A stretch of DNA of 64,000 nt. Origin: Candidatus Heimdallarchaeum endolithica. GTDB taxonomy: Archaea > Asgardarchaeota > Heimdallarchaeia > Heimdallarchaeales > Heimdallarchaeaceae. Positions within the stretch are counted from its first letter, which is position 1, and each line of letters begins with the position of its first letter. The notes below the pieces were generated by a model. That model saw only the letters and a program-made list of their open reading frames with translations. It was not told where the DNA came from and did no database searches. The stretch is taken from assembly GCA_021513715.1 (NCBI GenBank), contig CP084167.1:2336001-2400000 (forward strand), written 5' to 3'. Both the position numbers and the translations under genes were made by a program. Positions 52,701 through 58,319 of this stretch are shown one piece after another.

Positions 52701-54357
52701 TAATGAAGATAAGTTGATAGAATTTCTAAAAGAACAAAAAGAATTCTTTGAAAGATTAAGTAAACAAGCAGCTAAAATAGAAGCTTTTCAAGAACCATTC
52801 TTTTCAAACTTGAGATTAGATATATATGAAGAAAGCCTAAGTCAATCAATACTAGACATTAATTATGAAACAATGTTAACATTATTGTTATCAAATAGAT
52901 TTAATTCTTATAACAAAATACGATTGTTTGAAGGAGATGTACCTTTCAGCAGAAACCAAATGAAATTCGCGTTCGATAATATAATACTACAATTAGGAAC
53001 AAAAACTTTCATTGAAGAAGCAAAGAAAATGGGAATATTAGATCTCAATGAGAACACAGATGAAATAATAGATATGATGAATAAAGTATTAATAAAAGTG
53101 CATCGCAATACTCCGAAGATTAGGAAGAATATTGCAAAAAAGGTGGAAATTTATGGTCCAAAAACAGCAGAAAAACAAATACTGTTTTATCATAAAGAAA
53201 GAATGCAAAGAATAAACTATCAAAAAGAGCAACTAAAAATAGAAAGAGCAGAAGAAAGACTTTGGAAACTATACGGTGAAAAAACAGAAAATAAGAAAAA
53301 AGACCTAACAGTAGAACAACTATACGAGATAGAAGAAGAATTCAACAATCTGAATGGAAAAAGCATAGTAGAAAAAACAGGAACAGGAATGGTGGTTGTC
53401 GAAAATGGTGATATATACACGGTTAAAATATTTAATGTGATAAGTGATGTAATGTACAAAAAAATATCAATAGTTCAAAGAGGATATGCTCATGATATGA
53501 TAGAAAAGGTAGTAGGGTTAGCAGAGCACATATCATACAACGAAGGTCGAAAGCGCACATATATTAATTGCGCAATGATTAACATTCTCTATCTGATACA
53601 AGCTTTAACATGCGGAAATATAAGAATTGATAATTATAAAAATTTAGAAGAATTGAAAAAATTAGAAGAATTCAAAAAAATACTGATAAATTATCTGGGC
53701 AAAGAAAGAACGGAAAGAATACTGAAATTATTCAAAGAACCAATGATAGGCGTAAAAACTTCACCAAGAGTTGACGAAAAATTAAAAACAGGTTTTTTAC
53801 AAACCTTTGGGTCAGTAGATTTTCATCAACCAAGTAAAACTTTACCAGACATATATGGAAAATATGCATTAAACGGAATGATGAAAAAAAATATACTGAT
53901 GCTACTAGAAATTATATATGGAATATATTACACAGGAGTGAAATATACGAAAGATCTGAATGAAAACCTGACAGATACAATAATAATGAAATTCAAAAAA
54001 ACAATTGAGGATGGAAAAGAAATATTACGTTTAAAAGATGTAAAATTAAGAAAAGAAGAACTAGAAGGAGAATTCATATATACAATTAAAGAACTGAATA
54101 CTGGACTAGACGAAAAAACAAAAACAATATTGTTAAAACTCGCAAAAAAACCATATTCATCAGTGTTCGGACCAGAATTCATGAGCAAAAATGAATTACA
54201 AAAAATGGTGGACAAGATAATAGACGAATATGAAAAAATAATTCAACTGAAAATAAGGAATTTTAACGATATAATAACTGAAGAGGACATGAAGGTAGTG
54301 TTAATAGCAGAAGAATTCAAAATAGAAAACCTATTAAAAATATTTAAAACAAAATAA
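37732..54357 (+). CDS. Giant 5541-aa protein: N-terminal TM, long acidic Tyr/Ser-rich beta-type region, hydrophobic helical segment, Lys/Glu-rich C-terminal region
   Basis: Uninterrupted 16.6-kb ORF; LVITGVALFISVIVILQSFSIAL TM; DLDEDGEEDF and DTNGDGLEDT Ca-loop-like motifs. Confidence 0.9.
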   Translation: MQKIKSKMNTFLGKLNKRSLVITGVALFISVIVILQSFSIALYPQSSDDDSYTFFYSDFSDKEEWKGVYRLSWGSIIVDSNFNAMSKKIDLYWYGMQQLFLEVKGIDSLKLDSSSAIQVIDADTSRILYELRGSQLSSFNVSVDLSAYVYEDTSALYINIIGSIKIIDYIRIFTPKLYYHNFLNDGKTFPNAYHEFNQLYIDYLAYTEEVTYETPVIKVPEGNNVNLTFAFNLVPSLTSNYSMFAHIYADIYGLGGFGEVEQRIELGYSYTNMSFGADYVSLIDKEITLLGNYYVRFYLNFDCFETNEEDIQIKLIAFFIQPHNNVEAQSEYVDPALYIRKSPNAYISEQVVEGRVFNALTVDRQGYIATYKISHMDTIFYDKLDPSTIEENYTIGNPDTLVYDFDSSKNLRLNSSGYLYSSESIGSDFSVSTSFNLNSLASNRIFAGIGIYGTHSYEFAVGNMTLYEETYVDEETTTVKVKEVYQAYLHVYKDNLLIRSYALNQTFGEGQVISLSLSSKFGYKAYSVQINYEEIVISLPEIIAIGGKPGIFAKIPQPSPDNFVSFYYLSASGITEYSPRRLLIYSKTQQYVTVVLKATRINPLSFSSEKVVIDEKKLSQNKEGILYFSYIPKPFEYIHLEVYCTNPDEELTSSFSILAMKFSGIHEYNTIIPSYDYYDISDSVYFEKRNLISEDLSDNFIASYDAIVEERYSLLEIGAEAQDSLPDTQIDIYTRKLNSGLPFTFQGTVYWTEHESGSFFSHVLYLDLSPGNYEIRLERPLIFTSKLNISYLLLRPLTSYANAVTDSVGFTNPLSWEKDFTTDKIDAFNGIDQFIEESYYSLVHPSCYMKDDGNGNYEQYTDWTPSTDDTQIWSVEDNLASFVGGVKLDIPDVSTGSEGYPYLRFVARTYSNYTIDLKLTLTYSDGSTNEYYYSVSQEPKVYFFNFDYTDSPKILSGIEFFTNYILYNDKDESVIVSDIHLYRFTNIEVKLEDQSYLDDSGFDTSDYSGDNFSVAPFLSDYYGLLDIDLNYIPSNERVKVWTDNDAEGLKQYYYNNNNHYLLPSTVTVPINDWRVNKGASVGIYSTPLTSLNLNFMISMDIENRKTFNEDMTIELFEYKFKPNTDAYATSLPYSYYKLKFYLYGSIEMQNEEGEMEGGYLYYRLFAYDGVEETELTPTYDMLSDNTDFLQAISTNTLDFPNMLRITDNYEKGITHLIYNTNEESELRAVFPVNFEEAYTISIHFGQDQRIEREYADADSKNDVFDTPFFVGVSSFDTFLELYEGSGEKATLLFADVTIPSSMFPSLFIQTSEAINSTTELSWETDYSINWTPEPTFYVNSYEPSRNDETGYKPLAHHINLFENRYLLLEDLKTIFEEIDVTPYLVNENYGDFLYLPKYYSATLSTFQDVYVTNYDLSFEGTGNFQLIGNTILSSYTFDYNDEKNKNWKNEFIYKTVSSLKFISTYEKDSLPKTYLSCLDYLSYEYYAKNKKREYSFTDGFTNYEDWTTVDFSLFERVKEPSLRSSPLGLVIDENSIDFTNENMDSIYDYFDPTDELEDLFSFSGKTMYYLPSYYMKGGDDQPGHSLWDRVLAGEAFQGFNPSSSPYYQNQQYLYNNWMYDLQSQIIQKEAKNIDEDSELNIYNFYDEFPEDGLDFSCMLPDYLRFKPVYYSASLPKDFIWSFDINVDSWSLGNLAEDYVKFFDKEEGRYSFYITIPIILPSHGNKPYYQDLSPDPNVLRLFIYYDSGTEYHDSEIEKGYVKLDPHYSIYLGRSIIGVWKASESVSLHFEIAVEEKEIDESYAIYQEGVNGGPQITAYYDYNLQMWINNDNMYWDLLKLPMWMLTITYPYKDKDYDAIENTYQYDLMYNQLFNTLPSENGYINPQYFQAFNTYYKGLYGDKEPTGFQIDGRLFFDTGTLTEHTYHWLQYQRSLVSDKYYSLSLSEYGIDPSDPSLYDLDYHYYSRDNYAGMVRSDMADVRFENPRYVRGEYDWFNIANEIYENDFALYNIDYALDNSLYKIPQRTIGFGVNYPFVGISDVSITPLNSIQTTDLDEDGEEDFSVINGEVATDGENVIVKPGSAITSLDLSNDLDIAIKYKDIISSCRGYYDKTLLDYSFEVGLQDLHNPNLKYYFYMKNRYPYNQYFEYKNSEQIDSIDHFGGDDSLPSLDSGITQPLMGTYVGIKGYAQSSSDYSLITDTLSSTFKRIFQPKNSILYDYLNIKYDVTTKILTFILWSEKYGNKQSYEISYNLSETGELGTNDLTNYTLYFKTENAYLFIDKIYTRTFMPVEDTNSERYYRGAGKLGDYYLYSPVNHGLELQNQVKLSYEDYNLNSFPSTEFYFIPTSESSFSLDLFGIKSDDTLENFLKLEINGKECKLSLDSGDSWNSLNNTEIENMFDVVNSYTWNSLSIHRGSEEDQLIINLNNQDYPFVFYIDTEEYYKYKFTLTHKRSRTVIDNLSFISLYEEFENDRELLNDEWEKDISRGFYRQIQVTKVQSQLIIYGAAIIEGETEVAVTFNDDPSTTVSQVWKMSSVGMKMDYFSYVIPSSVDMSSPVKISLSVSNMAIINWLSIEPMKDVESILYLSNNNKYINQVYSPMEYLSGSELVDTSTYEQPHALEVGGTTQVKFKYNYSPEDLDVAPNVVFEGFIKGQGKISFSFQVKLPDKLTSLNVNFIGLVGVGESTEQYIATISREEKTITYSAILSSAEEQEQWKYFYISLYQLARHIPKELLVDNYSNGSKEVDLLDENYPVSGIISDAKMVVNYAGAYVEKIIQLEKGASQNLYISDLKSTITNIHSAYPYENALSSLSEEIKWKKYDVPFDGYIPLDNVYLDDFDGSSYYIYDVVVYVDASTYSKVHLTVETEGSFVLSNRYSIILQKMGFSNEVVSTVFSAQQGYTPLYLHVVFPKTAFNQNIRIQYISNGGVAISAENNREGDAISEWLISTPFYSEKNEDTVDYLNFISQVTPMEGERFEKRVVDSEGFTHTETIEFSEFTFPGFCPILDFVPHAVPSGYSVILTTTLDFAKSLNTSLVLLLNKESGITIQSLLWDETPLLYINEGVFNEIDSDLENGMITIPLNSEGLTVNSLFSPKENNPNEYGFIENDPDYNFHFSSSDPYSIKTSSVNPDSVILNNKGIHRIVIQLTFPSPYNTDFGIYLENVDDSVRTVLSPSDKAIDFHAVAQKNFIQFENDLHQPQTLAQLEKNENTLFKSRYFKDDYGQYHSYRIYSLGFSDEYTLDKGKKWKIYDGDTDDSNDVIYESTTHYNWKHVIGKMNFAIVIDEGTPQVLQLPFNFLVGYMVFCDWLDTNGDGLEDTCAPYIGLADPLDASSTYDDVKKGVVYNTEEEKKISYDVTDEQQAELKNLTVHQSLVSSLSTTVITKTEEEIPLSYTSDEIAAIQNNGLTLDRYLHSLIENDYLTYSKDIARVKITISSSNNKAIDLAYDYDKEVLFTHSIDNATGEEEKIVYDFRYDCFSVLTPDAFANDNYRVDFYTFNNKLSLYNTDLYKLKETPNSYGLFDDPQTLSPMVVLENYNYEIKETVNSLDSKDEEILNNTPTTIVDAFVQGLTLSQLSVEMYDAEIEMDYYSLDLFYSVFFNEYLTLQQFFSSQETLNNNQKHQYYPTGTIQFAIWISSILNSYIIHQSDKLFDEYQNRTSRYDSEKKAIAAMSFLLDLIIPYRGFKTYGAEPEPEETHHPRFSSYVDFKYSLVMFWGLILGNSAGCGIPKNSIPMFRDSERTGKLLMIDELWDKAIKNWNLADKSRIDDPSEYLPYTDQAVVDKILFDARVRGDEAMIDWITNEDYSAEAYYMQPYGVDYAIYYWLKAFTIQQGYDPYAIKVYTIEEMNSQEREDFDENYFVIGVPVSTIEDRYLEYNWFVSLDKETRVPTSATSQLIDFIPLVFGQSSNPHVRTMMKIIKRLGNVAKGENFGYNTFSMSEFSLIVTLEFLVNLIDIGALLIDIRDAYIGATPFIRKMSLMQIPMDILDLFTPGPFSLVGNTMNNIFKSIVGDIPTGVKGLTKTANLLDIIQNSAQGEWKSIARAAGKSELMIWIVEAAQVTYRFSTLANQFYQWFFFLPQKIFMSSLQITLNSFMIFASKMIYTIRRMDIEEATLLNIKAQEYFYQGLDDTAKMTRAILSHPKMLSRFGTEGLIERANIVAKYYMNIIIKKVMELEATSKAILESVEKSRFYVMMALRYATHMYMNTPGGVGIHFSPNLIDNDKETEGRYFSTVDNTTIRHDISNSLDIYRFNYIADSKTRLNFEKAKFTISDLEAAKIKLAISFSSLSAIHSTPETFQAYKETLEYIDERLKQITNEEGENLEYTPIWWILHVPVNADMNKYSLRPIFDENPAVSFVLRIFMLEKALNENLEKSMAEGEINFGDYDVRTEYEKEIRSSLDKILSSAPVGLSHRGFELVEDIDRKYVWRARILELFGQTQGSLCKLKTRDEFGDWVRYGRTGTDLLGLFGYEEYKQCKKTIRRILSARSQDAVSFIYYFMSLGLFGFRFYSDDESVMAQLRKDFPDHDFDTEPSISFTKLATKYGVSDFQGLMPSKEFIVQALTHLGLKGLAIDTKITNSLYSVTDSMGIFNKAIAKNILTSVAAENAYIGHGSVIYYKDKTQGEIIKDFDKNSVYFARYVDGKDTKPPMAFIPGDAILLYDTNEDRYLFLRNNYPERFFYEGFTFQKTEFLVYWFRINEVTGKGEVVYDILDHYCKDEEGKLKEGITIVGTEDVLTDMNKFYPKRNKIRSSQPIISIEVKQNGENTDYVVSMDEKLPLFKFVGGDYATPTEKDINFASFLYPSKYSGNIVFGLLDDNLEFIDEKGLWPVYMGLSPSRYTYNVKGINLENVNSAKELLDKLDKKENLPEVEVATNTNKLITRPATVQEVNQQRVYELIRWYTTNQVYTYYVSTLKKENKAFLCRAYLDDWNAVKSLGEIIEIIEDSEGYLYQKYGYKNKQEYLNFRINMIQTIINEQEQFYKYKFKDDNLSNEDKLIEFLKEQKEFFERLSKQAAKIEAFQEPFFSNLRLDIYEESLSQSILDINYETMLTLLLSNRFNSYNKIRLFEGDVPFSRNQMKFAFDNIILQLGTKTFIEEAKKMGILDLNENTDEIIDMMNKVLIKVHRNTPKIRKNIAKKVEIYGPKTAEKQILFYHKERMQRINYQKEQLKIERAEERLWKLYGEKTENKKKDLTVEQLYEIEEEFNNLNGKSIVEKTGTGMVVVENGDIYTVKIFNVISDVMYKKISIVQRGYAHDMIEKVVGLAEHISYNEGRKRTYINCAMINILYLIQALTCGNIRIDNYKNLEELKKLEEFKKILINYLGKERTERILKLFKEPMIGVKTSPRVDEKLKTGFLQTFGSVDFHQPSKTLPDIYGKYALNGMMKKNILMLLEIIYGIYYTGVKYTKDLNENLTDTIIMKFKKTIEDGKEILRLKDVKLRKEELEGEFIYTIKELNTGLDEKTKTILLKLAKKPYSSVFGPEFMSKNELQKMVDKIIDEYEKIIQLKIRNFNDIITEEDMKVVLIAEEFKIENLLKIFKTK

Positions 54358-54389
54358 CAAAAGTAAATGCCACAATAATTAGAAAAACC

Positions 54390-54507
54390 TGGCGCCGCGC
54401 AAAGGACTTGAACCTTTGGTCTTTCGGTTGCTGCTCTTTTTACACCTTTCGTGCATTCTTTTTTTCTGATTAACAGCCGAATGCTCTACCGACTAAGCTA
54501 GCGCGGC
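54390..54507 (-). tRNA. tRNA-Asn(GTT), intact, 42-nt intron at 37/38 (54429-54470), encoded CCA
   Basis: Cloverleaf folded by hand: GCCGCGC/GCGCGGC acceptor, TTCGG-CTGTTA^A-CCGAA anticodon arm, AAAGG-TTCAAGT-CCTTT T arm, G73-CCA. Confidence 0.96.
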
Positions 54508-54571
54508 TATGTTTTTGTTTTCCTTTTACGTTTCTTCTATTTTTCCTTTGTTTTTAAAGTTTTTTTTCTTT
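54418..54571 (-). repeat. Right arm of 154-bp inverted repeat
   Basis: Reverse complement matches 16093-16246. Confidence 0.95.
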
Positions 54572-54816
54572 GCTTGCTTTTTTCTTTAGTTTTTTTTCTT
54601 TTTATTTTTGTTTTTTATCCATCTTGTTTGCAATAATGAGTTTTTTACTCAACAAATTTTTGTAAAATTTCATAGTGGGCACTTTTACAATTACATTAGA
54701 GTCCCTTTCGTTTTCACTTCCTATATCAGTTGATATATTACTTATTCTTTTTCTATTTTTTTCGATTCCTTAAACTTAAGTTTAAATAATCAAATATTTT
54801 TATTCTTTCAGATTAT

Positions 54817-57210
54817 ATGAGCCATTTTTCAGTGTTAACTCTTTCTGTTCGCGAGCTTGTTGAGTATTCATTACGTTCTGGAAGTATTCAATCTAGTTTT
54901 TTTTCTTCTTATCGAATGCTTGATGGGATTGAAGGTCATAAATATGTTCAGAAAAAACGTCCTTCTACATATAAGAGTGAGGTTACTATCTCTGGAAATA
55001 TTTCTTTTCAAGGTTATTCTTTTACTCTTAGAGGGCGAATTGATGGGTTATTTCGTTCTTTAGATTATTTCGTTTTGGAGGAGATTAAGACTACCTCCCG
55101 CCCTTTGTCCTCTATTACTCGAGATGATAATCCTCATTATTGGGCTCAGGCTAAATGTTACGCTTATCTCTATTCTAAAGAACACGATCTTTCCTCTATT
55201 GTTGTTCAACTTTGTTATTTTAATATTGATACAAAAAAAGAAAGAACTTTTTCTGAAGTTTACAATATTAAACAGTTAGAGTCTTTTGTTTTTTCCTTAC
55301 TTGAGGAATATTTATCATGGATTAAACTTGTTATTAATGAGCGAGAAAAACGCGACTTATCTCTTTCTTCTTTTCTCTCTTTCCCTTTCCCTCAGTTCAG
55401 AAAAGGGCAGAAACAAATGATTGACTTTGTTCGTTCTCATATCTCTTCTGGTCAGATAGCCTTTTGTCAAGCTCCTACAGGTATAGGAAAAACCATTGCT
55501 GTGTTATATCCTGCCATAGAGTATCTTCAATCTGATCCCTCTGCTCAAATTTTTTATCTTACATCAAAGACAACGCAGAAAGCAATTGCTGAAAAAACCT
55601 TAGATCTCTTACGTAAAAATGGGTTGAAAATAAAATCTCTTACTCTTACCGCTAAGTCTCAGATTTGTTTTAAGGAAAAAAGTGTTTGTGATCCATCTTT
55701 ATGTGAGTACGCTGATGGTCATTTTGATAGAATTAATGATGCGATAAAAGATATATTCCCTAAAGATTCTTTTACTAGAGAAAGAATTACTAAATATGCT
55801 CAAAAGCATCGTGTTTGCCCTTTTGAGTTTTCTTTAGATCTTTCACTCTTTTCAGATTGCATAATTTGTGATTATAATTACCTTTTCGATCCTCGGGTTA
55901 AATTAAAACGCTTTTTTGATTTTAATTCTGGTTCCTATGTTTTTCTTATTGATGAAGCACATAATTTGGTTGAACGTGCAAGAAACATGTTCTCTGCAGA
56001 GTTAAATAAACGAACTTTTTTGCTTTTAAAAAGTAAAACAAAAGAGATTTTACCTCATATTTCAAAACTTTTGGGTGCTTTAAATAAACATATGATTAAT
56101 TTCAGAAAAGATTGTGAGCAGAAAGGAAAAAGAGATATTGCTCTCCTTTCTCCGCCTAAAAAAGATTTTATTCGCGATCTTAAGAAATTCATTGTTGAAA
56201 GTGAAAAATGGTTGGCATTAAATATATTAACGGATTTTAGAGAAGAACTTTTGGAATTATATTTTGATGTTAGGAGCTTTCTTAACATTACTGAATTGTA
56301 TGACTCTAATTATGTGACTTATTACTCTAAGCAATCTAAAGGTGATCTATTGGTCAAGCTTTTCTGTATCGACCCTTCGATTCTAGTAAATAAAGAATTA
56401 AAGAAAGGCCATTCTTCTATTTTCTTCTCTGCGACGCTTACTCCTTTAGATTACTATGTTAACTTACTTGTTGGCGAGCGAAGAAAAAATATTCTCGAAC
56501 TAGATTCTCCCTTTCCCCCAGAAAATTTTCTTGTTCTAATTAACGATACCATTTCTACAAAATATAAGGATAGAAATGAAACATTTAATGAAATTGTTGA
56601 AGCTATCGTTTCTTTTATTGAAACAAAAAAAGGAAATTTCATGGTTTATTTTCCATCATACGAATATATGCAAAAAATTGTTCCTTATGTAAAAGAGTAT
56701 GAAAGAACTAGAGGAATGGAAATTATTGTTCAGGATAAAGAGATGAACGAAAGCGATAGAGAAATTTTTCTCAAGAAGTTTCATAAACATGGAAAAAGAA
56801 CATTAGTAGGTTTCGTAGTTTTGGGAGGAATTTTTGGTGAGAGCATAGATCTGGTCGGAGAAAAGTTGTCTGGAGTTGTAGTTGTTGGAGTAGGTTTACC
56901 AAAAATATGTTTTGAGAGAGAATTAATGAAGAACTACTTTGATGCAAAAATGAAACAAGGTTTTCACTATTCTTATACCTTTCCTGGGTTAAATAGAGTT
57001 CTTCAAGCAGTTGGAAGGTTGATAAGAACTGAAAAAGATAGGGGAGTAGTTTTATTAGTTGATGATCGTTTCACAAACCCCACATACAAACGACTTTTAC
57101 CTTGTTATTGGAAAAACGTTGTGATTGTAAAGAATAGTAAAGAAATAAGTAAACACACTCTAGAATTCTGGGAGAAAAAAAGAAAAAGAAAAAAAAAGAA
57201 AGTTGAATAG
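54817..57210 (+). CDS. DinG/XPD-family Fe-S helicase with N-terminal Cas4-like PD-(D/E)XK nuclease domain
   Basis: RGRIDG...LEEIKTT...QAKCY; QAPTGIGKT, Fe-S cysteines (ICF..VCD..LCEY..VCPFE), DEAH, SATL, QAVGRLIR. Confidence 0.93.
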   Translation: MSHFSVLTLSVRELVEYSLRSGSIQSSFFSSYRMLDGIEGHKYVQKKRPSTYKSEVTISGNISFQGYSFTLRGRIDGLFRSLDYFVLEEIKTTSRPLSSITRDDNPHYWAQAKCYAYLYSKEHDLSSIVVQLCYFNIDTKKERTFSEVYNIKQLESFVFSLLEEYLSWIKLVINEREKRDLSLSSFLSFPFPQFRKGQKQMIDFVRSHISSGQIAFCQAPTGIGKTIAVLYPAIEYLQSDPSAQIFYLTSKTTQKAIAEKTLDLLRKNGLKIKSLTLTAKSQICFKEKSVCDPSLCEYADGHFDRINDAIKDIFPKDSFTRERITKYAQKHRVCPFEFSLDLSLFSDCIICDYNYLFDPRVKLKRFFDFNSGSYVFLIDEAHNLVERARNMFSAELNKRTFLLLKSKTKEILPHISKLLGALNKHMINFRKDCEQKGKRDIALLSPPKKDFIRDLKKFIVESEKWLALNILTDFREELLELYFDVRSFLNITELYDSNYVTYYSKQSKGDLLVKLFCIDPSILVNKELKKGHSSIFFSATLTPLDYYVNLLVGERRKNILELDSPFPPENFLVLINDTISTKYKDRNETFNEIVEAIVSFIETKKGNFMVYFPSYEYMQKIVPYVKEYERTRGMEIIVQDKEMNESDREIFLKKFHKHGKRTLVGFVVLGGIFGESIDLVGEKLSGVVVVGVGLPKICFERELMKNYFDAKMKQGFHYSYTFPGLNRVLQAVGRLIRTEKDRGVVLLVDDRFTNPTYKRLLPCYWKNVVIVKNSKEISKHTLEFWEKKRKRKKKKVE

Positions 57211-57230
57211 TTAAAATTTGTTTAATTTTT

Positions 57231-57881
57231 TCACTTAATGAATCTTTTTCTTAGTTCTGAAGCATTAATTTGAGTTATCACTTCGATGTCTTTTTCTTTT
57301 AATCCTGCACCTAAAATGAGATCGGAAACTCTTTTCTGAGAAAGCATGTCTGAAGGAGTATGTGTGTCCGAATTTACTAACATCTTGGCATTATATTTTT
57401 TAGCTAGTCTGGCTACATGACCATTAGTAAAACTATGTCCCTTTCTTCCAGAAAGTTCGAGGAAAACATCGTTTTCAACAGCAAGCTTGACTTCTTCTTC
57501 AGTAATTAAACCTGGATGAGCAAGGATATCAACATAACCCGAATTTAAAGCAGCAAAATTCGTTCCTTTTCTAACAGGTTCAACTATTGTTTCACCATGA
57601 ACAATAACCAGTAAACCAGCTTGCTTTGCTTTTTTAGCTAACTCTGGTATCCTAGACGGAAGAACGTGTGTGATTTCTACCCCCGGAATAACGTCTATCA
57701 TATCACTTTCGTTTAACATCTTGGAAAGCTCAATTATTACACGATCAATAGTTGAAACATCAACATGGTCTGTTATAGCTATGGAAGTATAACCATTTGC
57801 TTCTGCTCTACGAACGAGTTCTGAAGGAAGTAAAAAACCATCCGAAAGAATGGTGTGCATATGAAAATCTGTAAAAGACAT
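57231..57881 (-). CDS. PHP-domain phosphoesterase (histidinol phosphatase-like)
   Basis: DFHMHT..SDG, AITDH, GVEITH, VHGET, LAHPG, NSDTH. Confidence 0.93.
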   Translation of the reverse strand: MSFTDFHMHTILSDGFLLPSELVRRAEANGYTSIAITDHVDVSTIDRVIIELSKMLNESDMIDVIPGVEITHVLPSRIPELAKKAKQAGLLVIVHGETIVEPVRKGTNFAALNSGYVDILAHPGLITEEEVKLAVENDVFLELSGRKGHSFTNGHVARLAKKYNAKMLVNSDTHTPSDMLSQKRVSDLILGAGLKEKDIEVITQINASELRKRFIK

Positions 57882-58083
57882 AAAAAAAAATTTGAAGTTG
57901 TCTAATTAATATTTCTATAATCAATAAAAACCAATTTTTTGCCTAATTCGATCAAAACAGAACCATATATTTAAAAAAGCATATAAAGATAAATAGATGC
58001 TACAAATCGAAAGTTTAAAAAAAGGAACAAAAAAAAGATAAATAACCCCAATTGTTCATTGGATAGAAGACAATAACTTGCGT

Positions 58084-58197
58084 GGGCTGGTAGTTCAGAG
58101 GAAGAACGATTCATTTGCAGTGAATAGGCCGGGGGTTCGAGAATTAAAGTTTCAGGCGCTGTGGGCACCGAATCCGAAAATCCCCCCCAGTCCACCA
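58084..58197 (+). tRNA. tRNA-Ala(TGC) with 39-nt non-canonical intron in the T-loop (probably 59/60; 58142-58180), encoded CCA
   Basis: GGGCTGG/CCAGTCC acceptor with G3:U70, ATTCA-TTTGCAG-TGAAT anticodon arm, GGGGG-TTCGAG^T-CCCCC after intron removal. Confidence 0.93.
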
Positions 58198-58319
58198 AAC
58201 CCTTTTTCAATCATTGTTACTTATAAAAAACAAATTTATCTTGAACATTAAGCCCTTTCATCATATCTGTTTGTGATTTTTTCGAAAGGTTTATTGTTCT
58301 CTTTTTCTTACTTCTTCCA

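Larger units (their letters stand above)
16093..54571. mobile_element. tRNA-Asn-associated integrated element with tandem giant genes (aloposon-like), ~38 kb
   Basis: Bounded by two tRNA-Asn copies; Cas4-like, wHTH, unknown and MinD/ParA genes precede two giant ORFs; paralogous module at 62-64 kb; housekeeping genes on both sides. Exact ends are inferred. Confidence 0.85.

Noticed and set aside
16247-54389. Provirus interpretation
   Set aside because: No terminase, portal, tail or viral polymerase motifs; the only capsid-like segment is fused to a nuclease and is missing from the same slot in the sibling element
57971-58210. 79-aa minus-strand ORF (likewise 16037-16291)
   Set aside because: Overlaps tRNA sequence on the opposite strand; spurious
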